Origin: Sulfuritalea sp.
GTDB lineage: Bacteria > Pseudomonadota > Gammaproteobacteria > Burkholderiales > Rhodocyclaceae
NCBI RefSeq assembly: GCF_017302275.1
Contig: NZ_JAFLDR010000016.1
Span: forward strand, 22,156-86,155
Direction: 5' to 3'
DNA length: 64,000 bases
Shown here: piece by piece, positions 38,033 through 47,085 of the stretch
Layout of the letters: each line of letters opens with the position of its first letter
Position numbering within the stretch: the stretch's first letter is position 1
Notes under the pieces: model-generated
Databases searched by the model: none
The model's input: the letters and a program-made list of their open reading frames with translations, nothing else
What the model was told of the DNA's origin: nothing
Position numbers and translations under genes: made by a program

Positions 38033-39958
38033 TCAGGCCTTGGCTTCGAGCGCTTCCCAGCGCTGCAATGCGGCGTCGATTTCGGCATCGACGGCGGCAA
38101 GCCGGTCCTGTGCCTGACGCTGCAAATCAGCGGCTTCCAGATAGAAGGACGGATCGGCGAGGCGGCCGTGCAGCGCGGCCTGCTCGGCTTCCAGTGCGGC
38201 TATGCGCGCGGGCAATTGATCGAGTTCGCGCTGCTCCTTGAAGCTGAGCCTCTTGCCCGCTGCCGGCTTTGCCGGCGCCGTGTCGCCGGCGCCGACTCTT
38301 GCGGTACCGCGAAGGTCGGGACCTCCGGTGGCATCGAAACGCGCCGCCACCGCCGCCGGCCGCTGCCGCAGCCAGTCGCTGTAGCCGCCGACATATTCCT
38401 TCCACCGGCCGCCGCCTTCGGCCGCGATGGTCTGCGTCACCACGTTGTCGAGGAAGGCGCGATCGTGACTGACGAGGAAGACCGTGCCGCTGTAGTCCTG
38501 CAGCAGGGCTTCGAGCAGTTCCAGGGTTTCGATGTCGAGATCATTGGTCGGCTCGTCGAGCACCAGCACGTTGGCCGGGCGCGCGAAGAGGCGCGCCAGC
38601 AGCAGGCGGTTGCGCTCGCCGCCGGAGAGCGACTTGACCGGCGAGCGGGCGCGCTGCGGCGCGAACAGGAAGTCTTCGAGATAGCCGATCACGTGCTTCT
38701 TCGAACCGCCGATCTCGACGTAGTCGGAGCCGGGGCTGATGATCTCGCACAGCGGAGCCTCGGGATCGAGCTGGCTGCGGAACTGGTCGAAATAGGCGAC
38801 CTCGATCCTGCTGCCCAGGCGTACCTGTCCGGCGTCCGGCTGCAGTTCGCCGAGGATCAGGCGCAGCAGCGTGGTCTTGCCGGTGCCGTTGGCCCCGACC
38901 AGGCCGACCTTGTCGCCGCGCTGGATGCGGCAGGAAAAGTCCTTGACCACGGTCTTGGCGCCCGCTGTTGTCACATAGCGCTTCGAGACATCCTCAAGTT
39001 CGGCCACCAGCTTGCCGGAAGCATCGCCACGCACCACCTTGAAGTCCACCTTGCCCAGTTGCTCGCGCCGCGCCGCCCGCGCCGCACGCAGCTGTTCCAG
39101 GCGCTGGACGCGACCGACGCTGCGCGTGCGCCGCGCCTCGACGCCCTTGCGGATCCAGACCTCCTCCTGCGCCAGCATCTTGTCGGCACGCGCATTGGCC
39201 AGCGCCTCTTCGTTGAGCATGAATTCCTTGCGTTCCTGGTAGGCGGCGAAACGCCCTGGAAACGAGACCAGCTTGCCGCGATCCAGCTCGACGATGCGCG
39301 TCGCCACGCCGTCGAGGAAGATCCGATCGTGGGTGATCACCATGATTGCGCCGGCATAGCCGCGCAGCAGGTCCTCCAGCCAGAGGATGCCGTCGACATC
39401 GAGGTGGTTGGTCGGTTCGTCGAGCAGCAGCAGGTCCGGCTCCGCCACCAGCGCGCGGGCCAGCGCGACGCGCTTCTTGCCGCCGCCGGAGAGCGCGTCG
39501 ACGCGCGCATCGCCGTCCAGCGCCAGGCGCGATATGGCCTGCTCGACGCGCGAATTCAGGGTCCAGCCGTCGTTGGCTTCGAGTTGCGCCTGCAGATGCT
39601 CCAGGCGATCCAGGGTCGCCGTGTCACCAGCGCCGACTTTATGGGTGACCTCATGGTATTCGGCCAGTACCCGCGCCACCTCGCCCAGGCCCGCGGCGAC
39701 AGCATCGAACACCGTGTCGTGGCTGGCGAATTCCGGCTCCTGCGGCACGTAGGCGACCGAGAGGCCGGGCTGGCGCCAGAGCAGGCCGTCGTCGAGCGCG
39801 CCGAGTCCGGCAAGCGCCTTGAGCAGGCTCGACTTGCCGCTGCCGTTGCGGCCGATCAGGCCGACGCGCTCGCCGGCATCGATCTGCAGCGCGGCATGGT
39901 CGAGCAGTGCCACATGGCCGTAGGCGAGGCAGGCGTTGTCGAGGGTCAGGACGGGCAC
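38033..39958 (-). CDS. uup: ABC-F family ATP-binding protein (Uup-like)
   Basis: Two ABC domains (GRNGSGKS/LSGG; GANGTGKT/LSGGE), C-terminal KRLSFKEQREL domain. Confidence 0.88.
   Translation of the reverse strand: MPVLTLDNACLAYGHVALLDHAALQIDAGERVGLIGRNGSGKSSLLKALAGLGALDDGLLWRQPGLSVAYVPQEPEFASHDTVFDAVAAGLGEVARVLAEYHEVTHKVGAGDTATLDRLEHLQAQLEANDGWTLNSRVEQAISRLALDGDARVDALSGGGKKRVALARALVAEPDLLLLDEPTNHLDVDGILWLEDLLRGYAGAIMVITHDRIFLDGVATRIVELDRGKLVSFPGRFAAYQERKEFMLNEEALANARADKMLAQEEVWIRKGVEARRTRSVGRVQRLEQLRAARAARREQLGKVDFKVVRGDASGKLVAELEDVSKRYVTTAGAKTVVKDFSCRIQRGDKVGLVGANGTGKTTLLRLILGELQPDAGQVRLGSRIEVAYFDQFRSQLDPEAPLCEIISPGSDYVEIGGSKKHVIGYLEDFLFAPQRARSPVKSLSGGERNRLLLARLFARPANVLVLDEPTNDLDIETLELLEALLQDYSGTVFLVSHDRAFLDNVVTQTIAAEGGGRWKEYVGGYSDWLRQRPAAVAARFDATGGPDLRGTARVGAGDTAPAKPAAGKRLSFKEQRELDQLPARIAALEAEQAALHGRLADPSFYLEAADLQRQAQDRLAAVDAEIDAALQRWEALEAKA
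38278..38300 (-). repeat. Dispersed 23-bp motif, short form inside uup linker
   Basis: AAGAGTCGGCGCCGGCGACACGG; encodes RVGAGDT. Confidence 0.85.
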
Positions 39959-40056
39959 GGGAAACAAGCCGGGAAAAGGGGGAGCGCGATTATAGGCGCC
40001 GACTCCCGCCTCCGCCCGGAGAAGGCATACGCGCTGTTATAGAATTCGGGCCTTGC

Positions 40057-40132
40057 GCCCTTGTAGCTCAGTGGATAGAGCGACCGCCTCCTAAGCGGTA
40101 GGTCTCAGGTTCGATTCCTGACTTGGGCGCCA
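40057..40132 (+). tRNA. tRNA-Arg(CCT)
   Basis: 76 nt cloverleaf: TAGCTCAG D-arm, ACCGC/GCGGT anticodon stem with loop CT-CCT-AA, TCAGG-TTCGATT-CCTGA T-arm, encoded CCA; two U-U mismatches in the acceptor stem. Confidence 0.93.
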
Positions 40133-40163
40133 GAACACCTTAGTCGGGCGTATTATTCGCGCA

Positions 40164-40823
40164 ATGATTGCCGATCTCTCGTCCCTCGAAGAGCAGTTGA
40201 TCCTGGCCCAAGCCGATTCCCGCGACATGAAGCGCACGGTGATCGCGCTGCGCTCGGAACTCGAAGCGGCGCATGCCGAAATCCATGCGGCGGCGTTGCG
40301 CGTTACACAAGCCAATGCGGCCGAAATCGCCCAGCTCAAGACCACGGTAGGTGTCCTGCGCGAAGAACTGGAAGGCGCGCGCACCGAGCGCGAAACCGCG
40401 GTCCAGCAGGAACGCGTCGCCGCCAGCCAGGAAATCCAGATGCTCAGGGCCACCGCCGCGGCCTTGCGCGAGGAACTGGAACGATCGCGCGCCGAGCGCG
40501 ACCATGCGGTGCAGCAGGAGCGCGTCGCCGGGCACAACGAAATGCAGCAGCTGAAAGCCACATCGACGGCGTTGCGCGACGAACTGGAGCGGGCGCGGGC
40601 CGATACGGACAATGCCGTACGCACCGCGCTGGTTGGGGCCCAGGGCGAGATCGCGCAACTGCGCCAGACGGTCAGCGGCCTGCGCGAAAACCTCGAGCTG
40701 GCACAGATCGACCGTGCCAATGCCATCAGCCGCGAGCGCAGCCTTTTTGCCGACGAAGGCTCCCAGCTGCAGATCACCATCCAGGCCCTGCGCGACCAGG
40801 TCGAAAGCTTGCGCCGCAGTTGA
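40164..40823 (+). CDS. Coiled-coil protein made of tandem 36-aa repeats
   Basis: Units such as EIAQLKTTVGVLREELEGARTERETAVQQERVAASQ and EIQMLRATAAALREELERSRAERDHAVQQERVAGHN. Confidence 0.8.
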   Translation: MIADLSSLEEQLILAQADSRDMKRTVIALRSELEAAHAEIHAAALRVTQANAAEIAQLKTTVGVLREELEGARTERETAVQQERVAASQEIQMLRATAAALREELERSRAERDHAVQQERVAGHNEMQQLKATSTALRDELERARADTDNAVRTALVGAQGEIAQLRQTVSGLRENLELAQIDRANAISRERSLFADEGSQLQITIQALRDQVESLRRS

Positions 40824-40834
40824 AGGCGATCACC

Positions 40835-43135
40835 ATGAACAATCCCGCCGAGCCCATCGAACACCGGAAGCGAACGACCGCCGAACGCGACCAGGAGGGC
40901 CGTCGTCGCCTGCGCCACCTCGAACTGCTGCTCGAGGTCACGCGCCGCATGGCCGGCTACGGCACGCTCGACCAGGTGTTGCAGGCCCTGGTGGAAATGA
41001 CCACCACCGAACTGAATGCGGAGCGCGGCTCGCTGTTCCTCAACGACCCGGACACCAACGAGTTGTATTCGCGCGTGGCGCAGGGCAACATCCAGCGCGA
41101 GATACGCATCCTGAATACCAGCGGCGTCGCCGGCTACGTGTACACCGCCGGCGAGGCGCTGATCATCCATGATGCCTACGCCGACGACCGCTTCAACCGT
41201 TCGATCGACGAGCAGACCGGCTTCACCACGCGCAATATCCTTTGCGTGCCGATCAAGACGGTGAAGGGCGAGATCATCGGCGTCGCGCAGACGCTCAACA
41301 AGCGCACCGGAAAGTTCACCAGGCAGGACCTGAACCTGCTCGAAGCCATGACCAGCCAGGGCACGCTGGCCCTGCAAAGCGCGCAGTTCATCGAGCGCAT
41401 GCAATCCATTCGCCGCCAGGAGATGGAATTCATCGACGTCGTTTCCGAAGTCACGGCGGACATCAAGCTGGGCTCGCTGCTGCAGAAGGTCATGGGCGAG
41501 GCGACGCGCCTGCTCAATGCCGAGCGCTCGACGCTGTTCCTCAACGACGAAAAGACCAGCGAACTGTGGTCGGAAGTCGGCCAGGGCCTGGAGTCGGTGC
41601 AGATCCGCCTGCCCAACCACCTCGGCATCGCCGGCGCGGTGTTTTCCTCGGGCAAGGCGATCAATATTCCGTATGCCTACGCCGACCTGCGCTTCAACCC
41701 GGCCTTCGACAAGAAAACCGGCTATTTCACGCGCTCCATCCTCTGCGTGCCCATCGTCAACAAGCACGGCAAGGTGATCGGGGTGACGCAGGTGCTGAAC
41801 AAGCGCGGCGGCCCCTTCACCGGCGAGGACGAATCGCGGCTGCGCGCCTTCACCGCGCAGATATCGATCGCACTGGAGAACGCCAAGCTTTTCGCCGATG
41901 TGCAGAACATGAAAAACTACAACGAGGCAATGCTGGAATCCATGTCGAACGCGGTGATCACGCTCGATGAAGCGGAGAAGATCGCCACCTGCAATGCCGC
42001 CGGCCTGCGCATCCTGCGCGTGACGCCAGCACAGATCCTGCAAAAGCCGGCTGTGGAGTTCTTCGCCGGCAGCAATGCCTGGGTGCAGGAGAAGCTCAAG
42101 CGCGTCGGCGAAACGCAAACCACCGAACTGGCGATGGAAGCGGAACTCATCGTCGGCGAAGAAAAGCTTTCGGTGAACCTGACCGCCCTGCCCCTGCTCT
42201 CGGCGGAGAAGAAGCGCCTGGGCTCGATGCTGATGCTGGAGGACATCTCCAGCGAAAAGCGCATGCGCTCGACGATGTCGCGCCTGATGGACCCCGGCAT
42301 CGCCGACCAGATGCTGGCCGGTGGCGTGGACGCGCTGGGCGGCAAGAACGTCGTGGCAACCGTGCTGTTCTCCGACATACGCGGCTTCACCACGATCACC
42401 GAATCGCTTGGCGCACAGGGCACGGTCGCCCTGCTCAACGAATACTTCACGCTGATGGTGGATTGCATCCAGCGCGAGGAAGGCATGCTCGACAAGTTCA
42501 TCGGCGACGCGATCATGGCCGCTTTCGGCATCCCGGTCGGGCATGACGACGATGCCGACCGCTCGGTGCGAACCTCGATCGCCATGATCCGCGAGCTGTG
42601 GAACTGGAACAAGCTGCGCGTCAACGAGGGCAAGCTGCCCGTCGACATCGGCATCGGCCTCAATACCGACAACGTCGTGTCGGGCACCATCGGCTCGAAG
42701 AAACGCATGGACTACACCATCATCGGCGACGGCGTGAATCTTGCCGCACGGCTGGAGTCAGCCTGCAAGCAGTATGGTGCGCACATTCTGATCAGCGAGT
42801 TCACCTACAAGCAGTTGCGCGGCACCTATTACAGCCGCGAACTCGATCTGGTGGTGGTCAAGGGCAAGACCAGGCCGGTGGCGATCTATGAAGTGCTCGA
42901 CTACCACACCGACGAGAGCTATCCGCAGATGACCGACGCCCTGCGCCATTTCAGGTCGGGGCTGATGAAATACCGGCAGCAGAAATGGACCGACGCAAGG
43001 AACGAGTTCGGTGAAGTACTCGCGCTGAACACGCAGGACAAGGCGGCGAAAATCTACGTCGAGCGCTGCGACCATTTCCGCGCCAATCCGCCCGGAGATG
43101 ACTGGGATGGCGTCTGGGTGATGGAGTCGAAATAA
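40835..43135 (+). CDS. Class III adenylate/guanylate cyclase with two GAF domains and a PAS domain
   Basis: Two GAF repeats (DxRFNxxxDxxTGFxTRxILCVPI), LFSDIRGFT, DKFIGDAIM, DYTIIGDGVNLAARLE, C-terminal TPR-like tail. Confidence 0.93.
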   Translation: MNNPAEPIEHRKRTTAERDQEGRRRLRHLELLLEVTRRMAGYGTLDQVLQALVEMTTTELNAERGSLFLNDPDTNELYSRVAQGNIQREIRILNTSGVAGYVYTAGEALIIHDAYADDRFNRSIDEQTGFTTRNILCVPIKTVKGEIIGVAQTLNKRTGKFTRQDLNLLEAMTSQGTLALQSAQFIERMQSIRRQEMEFIDVVSEVTADIKLGSLLQKVMGEATRLLNAERSTLFLNDEKTSELWSEVGQGLESVQIRLPNHLGIAGAVFSSGKAINIPYAYADLRFNPAFDKKTGYFTRSILCVPIVNKHGKVIGVTQVLNKRGGPFTGEDESRLRAFTAQISIALENAKLFADVQNMKNYNEAMLESMSNAVITLDEAEKIATCNAAGLRILRVTPAQILQKPAVEFFAGSNAWVQEKLKRVGETQTTELAMEAELIVGEEKLSVNLTALPLLSAEKKRLGSMLMLEDISSEKRMRSTMSRLMDPGIADQMLAGGVDALGGKNVVATVLFSDIRGFTTITESLGAQGTVALLNEYFTLMVDCIQREEGMLDKFIGDAIMAAFGIPVGHDDDADRSVRTSIAMIRELWNWNKLRVNEGKLPVDIGIGLNTDNVVSGTIGSKKRMDYTIIGDGVNLAARLESACKQYGAHILISEFTYKQLRGTYYSRELDLVVVKGKTRPVAIYEVLDYHTDESYPQMTDALRHFRSGLMKYRQQKWTDARNEFGEVLALNTQDKAAKIYVERCDHFRANPPGDDWDGVWVMESK

Positions 43136-43149
43136 CTGGGCTTAGCCCC

Positions 43150-43171
43150 GGAAAAAAAGGGCGGCGCCCTA
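43150..43171 (-). terminator. Intrinsic terminator after sspB
   Basis: Minus strand AGGGCG-cc-GCCCT-like GC stem followed by a T run. Confidence 0.55.
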
Positions 43172-43585
43172 CTTGACCCGGGTGAGGACAGGCTTGCCGG
43201 TGGGCCGCTCGGTCGGCGTGCCGGCCTCCGCTGCCGGGCTCGCGCCGGTCGCGGCAGGGTCGGGGGTGACCGTCACGACCTCGCTCACTTCGAACGCCAT
43301 GCCTTCGCCATTTTCGCTGGCATAGATGGCGGCGACACGCTCGATGGGAACCACGACCGGGAATGCCTTGCCGCCAAACCGCGCCTGAAAGGTGATCTCC
43401 TCGTTGCCCACGGACAACTGGTGGGTCGCTTCGAGTCCGACGTTCAGCACGATCTCGCCATTCTTCACGAACTCCCGTGGTACGCGCGTGCTTCCGTCGA
43501 CCTTGACCCCGAGGTAAGGCGTGAAGCCCTGATCCATACACCATTCATGGATGGCGCGGATCAGGTAGGGTTTGGTGGACTTCAT
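43169..43585 (-). CDS. sspB: ClpXP protease specificity-enhancing factor SspB
   Basis: STKPYLIRAIHEWC, NGEIVLNV, F.ARFGG, AIYASENGEGM, C-terminal LTRVK. Confidence 0.95.
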   Translation of the reverse strand: MKSTKPYLIRAIHEWCMDQGFTPYLGVKVDGSTRVPREFVKNGEIVLNVGLEATHQLSVGNEEITFQARFGGKAFPVVVPIERVAAIYASENGEGMAFEVSEVVTVTPDPAATGASPAAEAGTPTERPTGKPVLTRVK

Positions 43586-43631
43586 GGACGTGCGCCGGAA
43601 CGTGCCGGGCGGCCGCCGAAAAAGATGCGCC

Positions 43632-44228
43632 TCAACGGCGCATCATCTTTTCCGTGGGAGTCAGCGCGTCGATGAAGCCCTGCCGCGAGAAGATACGTTC
43701 GGCATACTTCATCAACGGCGCCGCGGTCTTCGGCAACTCGATCGCGTAATGGTCAAGACGCCAGAGCAGGGGCGCAATCGCCACGTCGAGCATGGAAAAG
43801 TCTTCGCCGAGCAGGAACTTCTGCTTGTTGAACATGGGCGCCAATTCAATCAGGCGATCGCGCATATGCATGCGCGCCTTGTCGGCCGATTTCAGGTTTT
43901 TTTCCACGGCGTCGATGTAGCTGAACAACTCGTGTTCCATCGTGAATAGCAGTTGCCGCGCCTTGGCGCGGGTCTGCGGATCCGGCGGCATCAGTTGCGG
44001 ATGCGGAAAGCGCTCGTCGATGTACTCGTTGATGATGTTCGACTCGTAGAGCACCAGATCGCGATCGACCAGCACCGGAACCCGGTTGTACGGGTTGATG
44101 ATGGCGATGTCTTCCGGCTTGTTGAACAGGTCGACGTCGATCACCTGGAAGTCCATCTGCTTTTCGTAGAGGACGATCCGGCAGCGGTGGCTGAACGGAC
44201 AGGTGGTGCCCGAATACAGGTTCATCAT
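43632..44228 (-). CDS. sspA: Stringent starvation protein A (GST-like)
   Basis: MMNLYSGTTCPFSHRCR, NPYNRVPVLVDR, NEYIDERFPHP. Confidence 0.93.
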   Translation of the reverse strand: MMNLYSGTTCPFSHRCRIVLYEKQMDFQVIDVDLFNKPEDIAIINPYNRVPVLVDRDLVLYESNIINEYIDERFPHPQLMPPDPQTRAKARQLLFTMEHELFSYIDAVEKNLKSADKARMHMRDRLIELAPMFNKQKFLLGEDFSMLDVAIAPLLWRLDHYAIELPKTAAPLMKYAERIFSRQGFIDALTPTEKMMRR

Positions 44229-44337
44229 GGCGCTGGTGCCCCACGAGTAATCCGCGTCACGCACCACTTTGCGGACCGGTGGTGCGTTCATTTCTCGATG
44301 CCCCATAGTTTGCATTCGCGTACCAGAGTTAGTGGAA

Positions 44338-45048
44338 TTAATGGATGTCTTTCCAGTACTCGCGTTTCAGCGCGTACGCAAAGACAAAGATCACGGACAG
44401 GAAAATCAGCACGATCACACCCAGCTTCTTGCGGAACTCGCCTACCGGCTCGCCCATGTACTTGAGATAGGCCACCAGGTCACCGACCATTGCATCGTAT
44501 TCCTGCGGCTTCATCCTGCCGGGCTTGACCAGGGCCAGCTTGCGGTCGGAGCCCATCACTTGCTCGCCTTGCAGTTCCCAGAGCGCATGCGGCATGCCGA
44601 CGTTCTCGAAGACGACGTTGTTCCAGCCAGTCGGGCGACTTTCATCGCGGTAGAAGGTGCGCAGATAGGTGTACAGCCAATCGGCGCCACTGCCGTGCTC
44701 CGACGCGCGCGCCCTGGCGATGATGGTCAGATCCGGCGGCCCGGCGCCGAACCAGGCCTTGGCTTCCGCACGCTGCATGGCGATCTTCATCGGCTCGCCG
44801 ACCTTCTCGGCGGTGAACATGAGATTGTCCTTGATCTGCGCGTCGGTAAGGCCAATATCCTGCAGACGGTTGTAGCGCATGTAGGACGCGGAATGGCAGT
44901 TGAGGCAGTAATTGACGAAGATCTTGGCGCCGTTCTGCAATGCGGCCATGTCATTGGACTTGTCTGGCGCGCTATCGAGGTGCAGCGTGGCTCCCGCAGC
45001 GAACGCCAGGATCGGCGCGAACAGGATTGCGGTAAGGAATTTCTTCAT
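44338..45048 (-). CDS. petC: Cytochrome c1
   Basis: CLNCH haem motif, PPDLT, GMPH, C-terminal TM + WKDIH. Confidence 0.95.
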   Translation of the reverse strand: MKKFLTAILFAPILAFAAGATLHLDSAPDKSNDMAALQNGAKIFVNYCLNCHSASYMRYNRLQDIGLTDAQIKDNLMFTAEKVGEPMKIAMQRAEAKAWFGAGPPDLTIIARARASEHGSGADWLYTYLRTFYRDESRPTGWNNVVFENVGMPHALWELQGEQVMGSDRKLALVKPGRMKPQEYDAMVGDLVAYLKYMGEPVGEFRKKLGVIVLIFLSVIFVFAYALKREYWKDIH

Positions 45049-46340
45049 TTCATCGTCACCCGGTCCGGTTCCGGCTTGCAGCGATCCAGGGAAGACCAGA
45101 TCGGCATCGTCAGGAAAAACAGGAAGTAATACACACTGAGCAGTTGCGCGACCGGGGCGCCAGGAATGAAGCCGAAAAACTTGTAGGCCGGATCCTTGGT
45201 ACCAAGAAAGCCAAGGATGAAGAAGCCGACGACCCAGACCGCGAGCAACCACTTGGTGATCGGACCGCGATAGCGGATCGATTTCACCGGGCTGCGATCA
45301 AGCCATGGGAGGAAGGCAAATATCAGGGTACCGGCGCCCATTGCGACCACGCCCCAGAACTTGGCATCGATGCCGAACAAAGGATAGGTCACGGCGCGCA
45401 GCAGGGAGTAGTACGGCGTGAAGTACCAGACCGGCGCGATGTGCGGCGGCGTCACCAGCGGGTCGGCGGGGAAGAAGTTGTTGTATTCGAGAAAATAGCC
45501 GCCGCCCTCGGGCATGAAGAAAACCACGATCGAAAAGACGAAGAGGAAGACCACGACGCCGACGATGTCCTTCACCGAATAGTAGGGGTGGAAGGGGATG
45601 CCGTCCAGCGGAACGCCGTTCGCATCCTTCTTCTTCTTGATCTCGATGCCGTCCGGGTTGTTCGAACCGACTTCGTGCAGGGCGATGATGTGCGCCCCGA
45701 CCAGGCCGATCAGCACAAGCGGCATGGCGATGACATGGAAGGCGAAGAAGCGGTTCAGCGTCGCGTCGCCCACCACATAGTCGCCGCGCAGCCAAATCGA
45801 CAGATCCGGCCCGATCAACGGGATCGCGGAGAACAGGTTGACGATGACCTGGGCGCCCCAGAAGGACATCTGGCCCCAGGGCAGCAGGTAGCCGAAGAAG
45901 GCCTCGCCCATCAGGCACAGGAAGATGCCGATGCCGAACAGCCAGATCAGTTCGCGCGGCTTGCGGTAGGAACCGTAAAGCAGGCCGCGAAACATGTGCA
46001 GGTACACGACAACGAAGAACGCCGAGGCTCCGGTCGAGTGCATGTAGCGGATCAGCCAACCCCAGGACACGTCGCGCATGATGTACTCGACGCTGGCGAA
46101 GGCGACGGGCACGCCCGAGGCGTTCAGCGCCGCATCCGGCTTGTAGTGCATGGTGAGAAAGATGCCGGTGACGATCTGGATCACCAGCACCAGCATCGCC
46201 AGGGACCCGAAGAAGTACCAGAAGTTGAAGTTCTTCGGCGCGTAGTACTCGGCCAGATGGGCCTTCCAGTTCGACGTCAGCGGAAATCGCTCATCGACCC
46301 AGTTCAGCGTGCCTTGCAGCAGTGCGTTCACTTTGCTCAT
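45045..46340 (-). CDS. petB: Cytochrome b
   Basis: RYMHSTGAS, LPWGQMSFWGA, RFFAFH, PPHIAPVWYF. Confidence 0.97.
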   Translation of the reverse strand: MSKVNALLQGTLNWVDERFPLTSNWKAHLAEYYAPKNFNFWYFFGSLAMLVLVIQIVTGIFLTMHYKPDAALNASGVPVAFASVEYIMRDVSWGWLIRYMHSTGASAFFVVVYLHMFRGLLYGSYRKPRELIWLFGIGIFLCLMGEAFFGYLLPWGQMSFWGAQVIVNLFSAIPLIGPDLSIWLRGDYVVGDATLNRFFAFHVIAMPLVLIGLVGAHIIALHEVGSNNPDGIEIKKKKDANGVPLDGIPFHPYYSVKDIVGVVVFLFVFSIVVFFMPEGGGYFLEYNNFFPADPLVTPPHIAPVWYFTPYYSLLRAVTYPLFGIDAKFWGVVAMGAGTLIFAFLPWLDRSPVKSIRYRGPITKWLLAVWVVGFFILGFLGTKDPAYKFFGFIPGAPVAQLLSVYYFLFFLTMPIWSSLDRCKPEPDRVTMK

Positions 46341-46344
46341 CGCA

Positions 46345-46938
46345 TCAGGCCTTCTTGTCTTCGCCAATGATCAGCTTGGCGTCGCCAAGGTACATGTGCG
46401 GCGGAACTTCCAGGTTATCCGGGGCCGGCTTGCTCTTGTAGACACGACCGGCGAGGTCGAAGGTGGAACCGTGACAGGGGCAGATGAATCCGCCCGGCCA
46501 GTTGGGATCAACGCCCGATTCGGCACCAGTCTTGAATTTTTCGGTCGGCGAACAGCCGAGGTGGGTGCAGATGCCTACGGCGACGAGGATTTCCGGCTTG
46601 ATCGAACGCGTGTCGTTCTTCGCATACTCCGGCTGCATGTTCTTGTCGGACTTGGGATCGGCCAGCTGATCGCCGATCTTTGCCATGGAGTCCAGCATTT
46701 CCTTGGTGCGATTGATGATCCAGACCGGCTTTCCGCGCCACTCCACGGTCATCATCTGACCGGGCGCTAGCTTGCTGATATCGACCTCGACCGGCGCGCC
46801 GGCTGCCTTGGCCCGCTCGGAGGGCAGCATGCTGGCCACGAAGGGCACCGCAGCTGCCACGCCGGCCACTCCGCCCACGGTTGCCGTGGCAACCAGCAGA
46901 CGCCGTCGCCCGCAATCGACTTTTTCGTCACAACTCAT
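46345..46938 (-). CDS. petA: Ubiquinol-cytochrome c reductase Rieske iron-sulfur subunit
   Basis: Tat-like RRRLL, CTHLGC and CPCHGS motifs. Confidence 0.97.
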   Translation of the reverse strand: MSCDEKVDCGRRRLLVATATVGGVAGVAAAVPFVASMLPSERAKAAGAPVEVDISKLAPGQMMTVEWRGKPVWIINRTKEMLDSMAKIGDQLADPKSDKNMQPEYAKNDTRSIKPEILVAVGICTHLGCSPTEKFKTGAESGVDPNWPGGFICPCHGSTFDLAGRVYKSKPAPDNLEVPPHMYLGDAKLIIGEDKKA

Positions 46939-47085
46939 GGTGTTAGTCCCTGAATGCTGAAGAATGCTGGAACGCAAACTCGGAAAGACGGCAATTGTAG
47001 CGAATCTCTCGACGTGATTAAAGCCCCGAACTGGGCCGACTTGTCACCGTTGACAGATGCAAGCTATTTTTATCTTTAGAAACCG

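Noticed and set aside
40132-43168. Integrated element at tRNA-Arg
   Set aside because: No integrase and no duplicated tRNA 3' end (attR) found downstream; codon usage is host-like
47049-47063. FNR box near petA (TTGACAGATGCAA)
   Set aside because: Spacing is one base short and the second half-site does not match ATCAA
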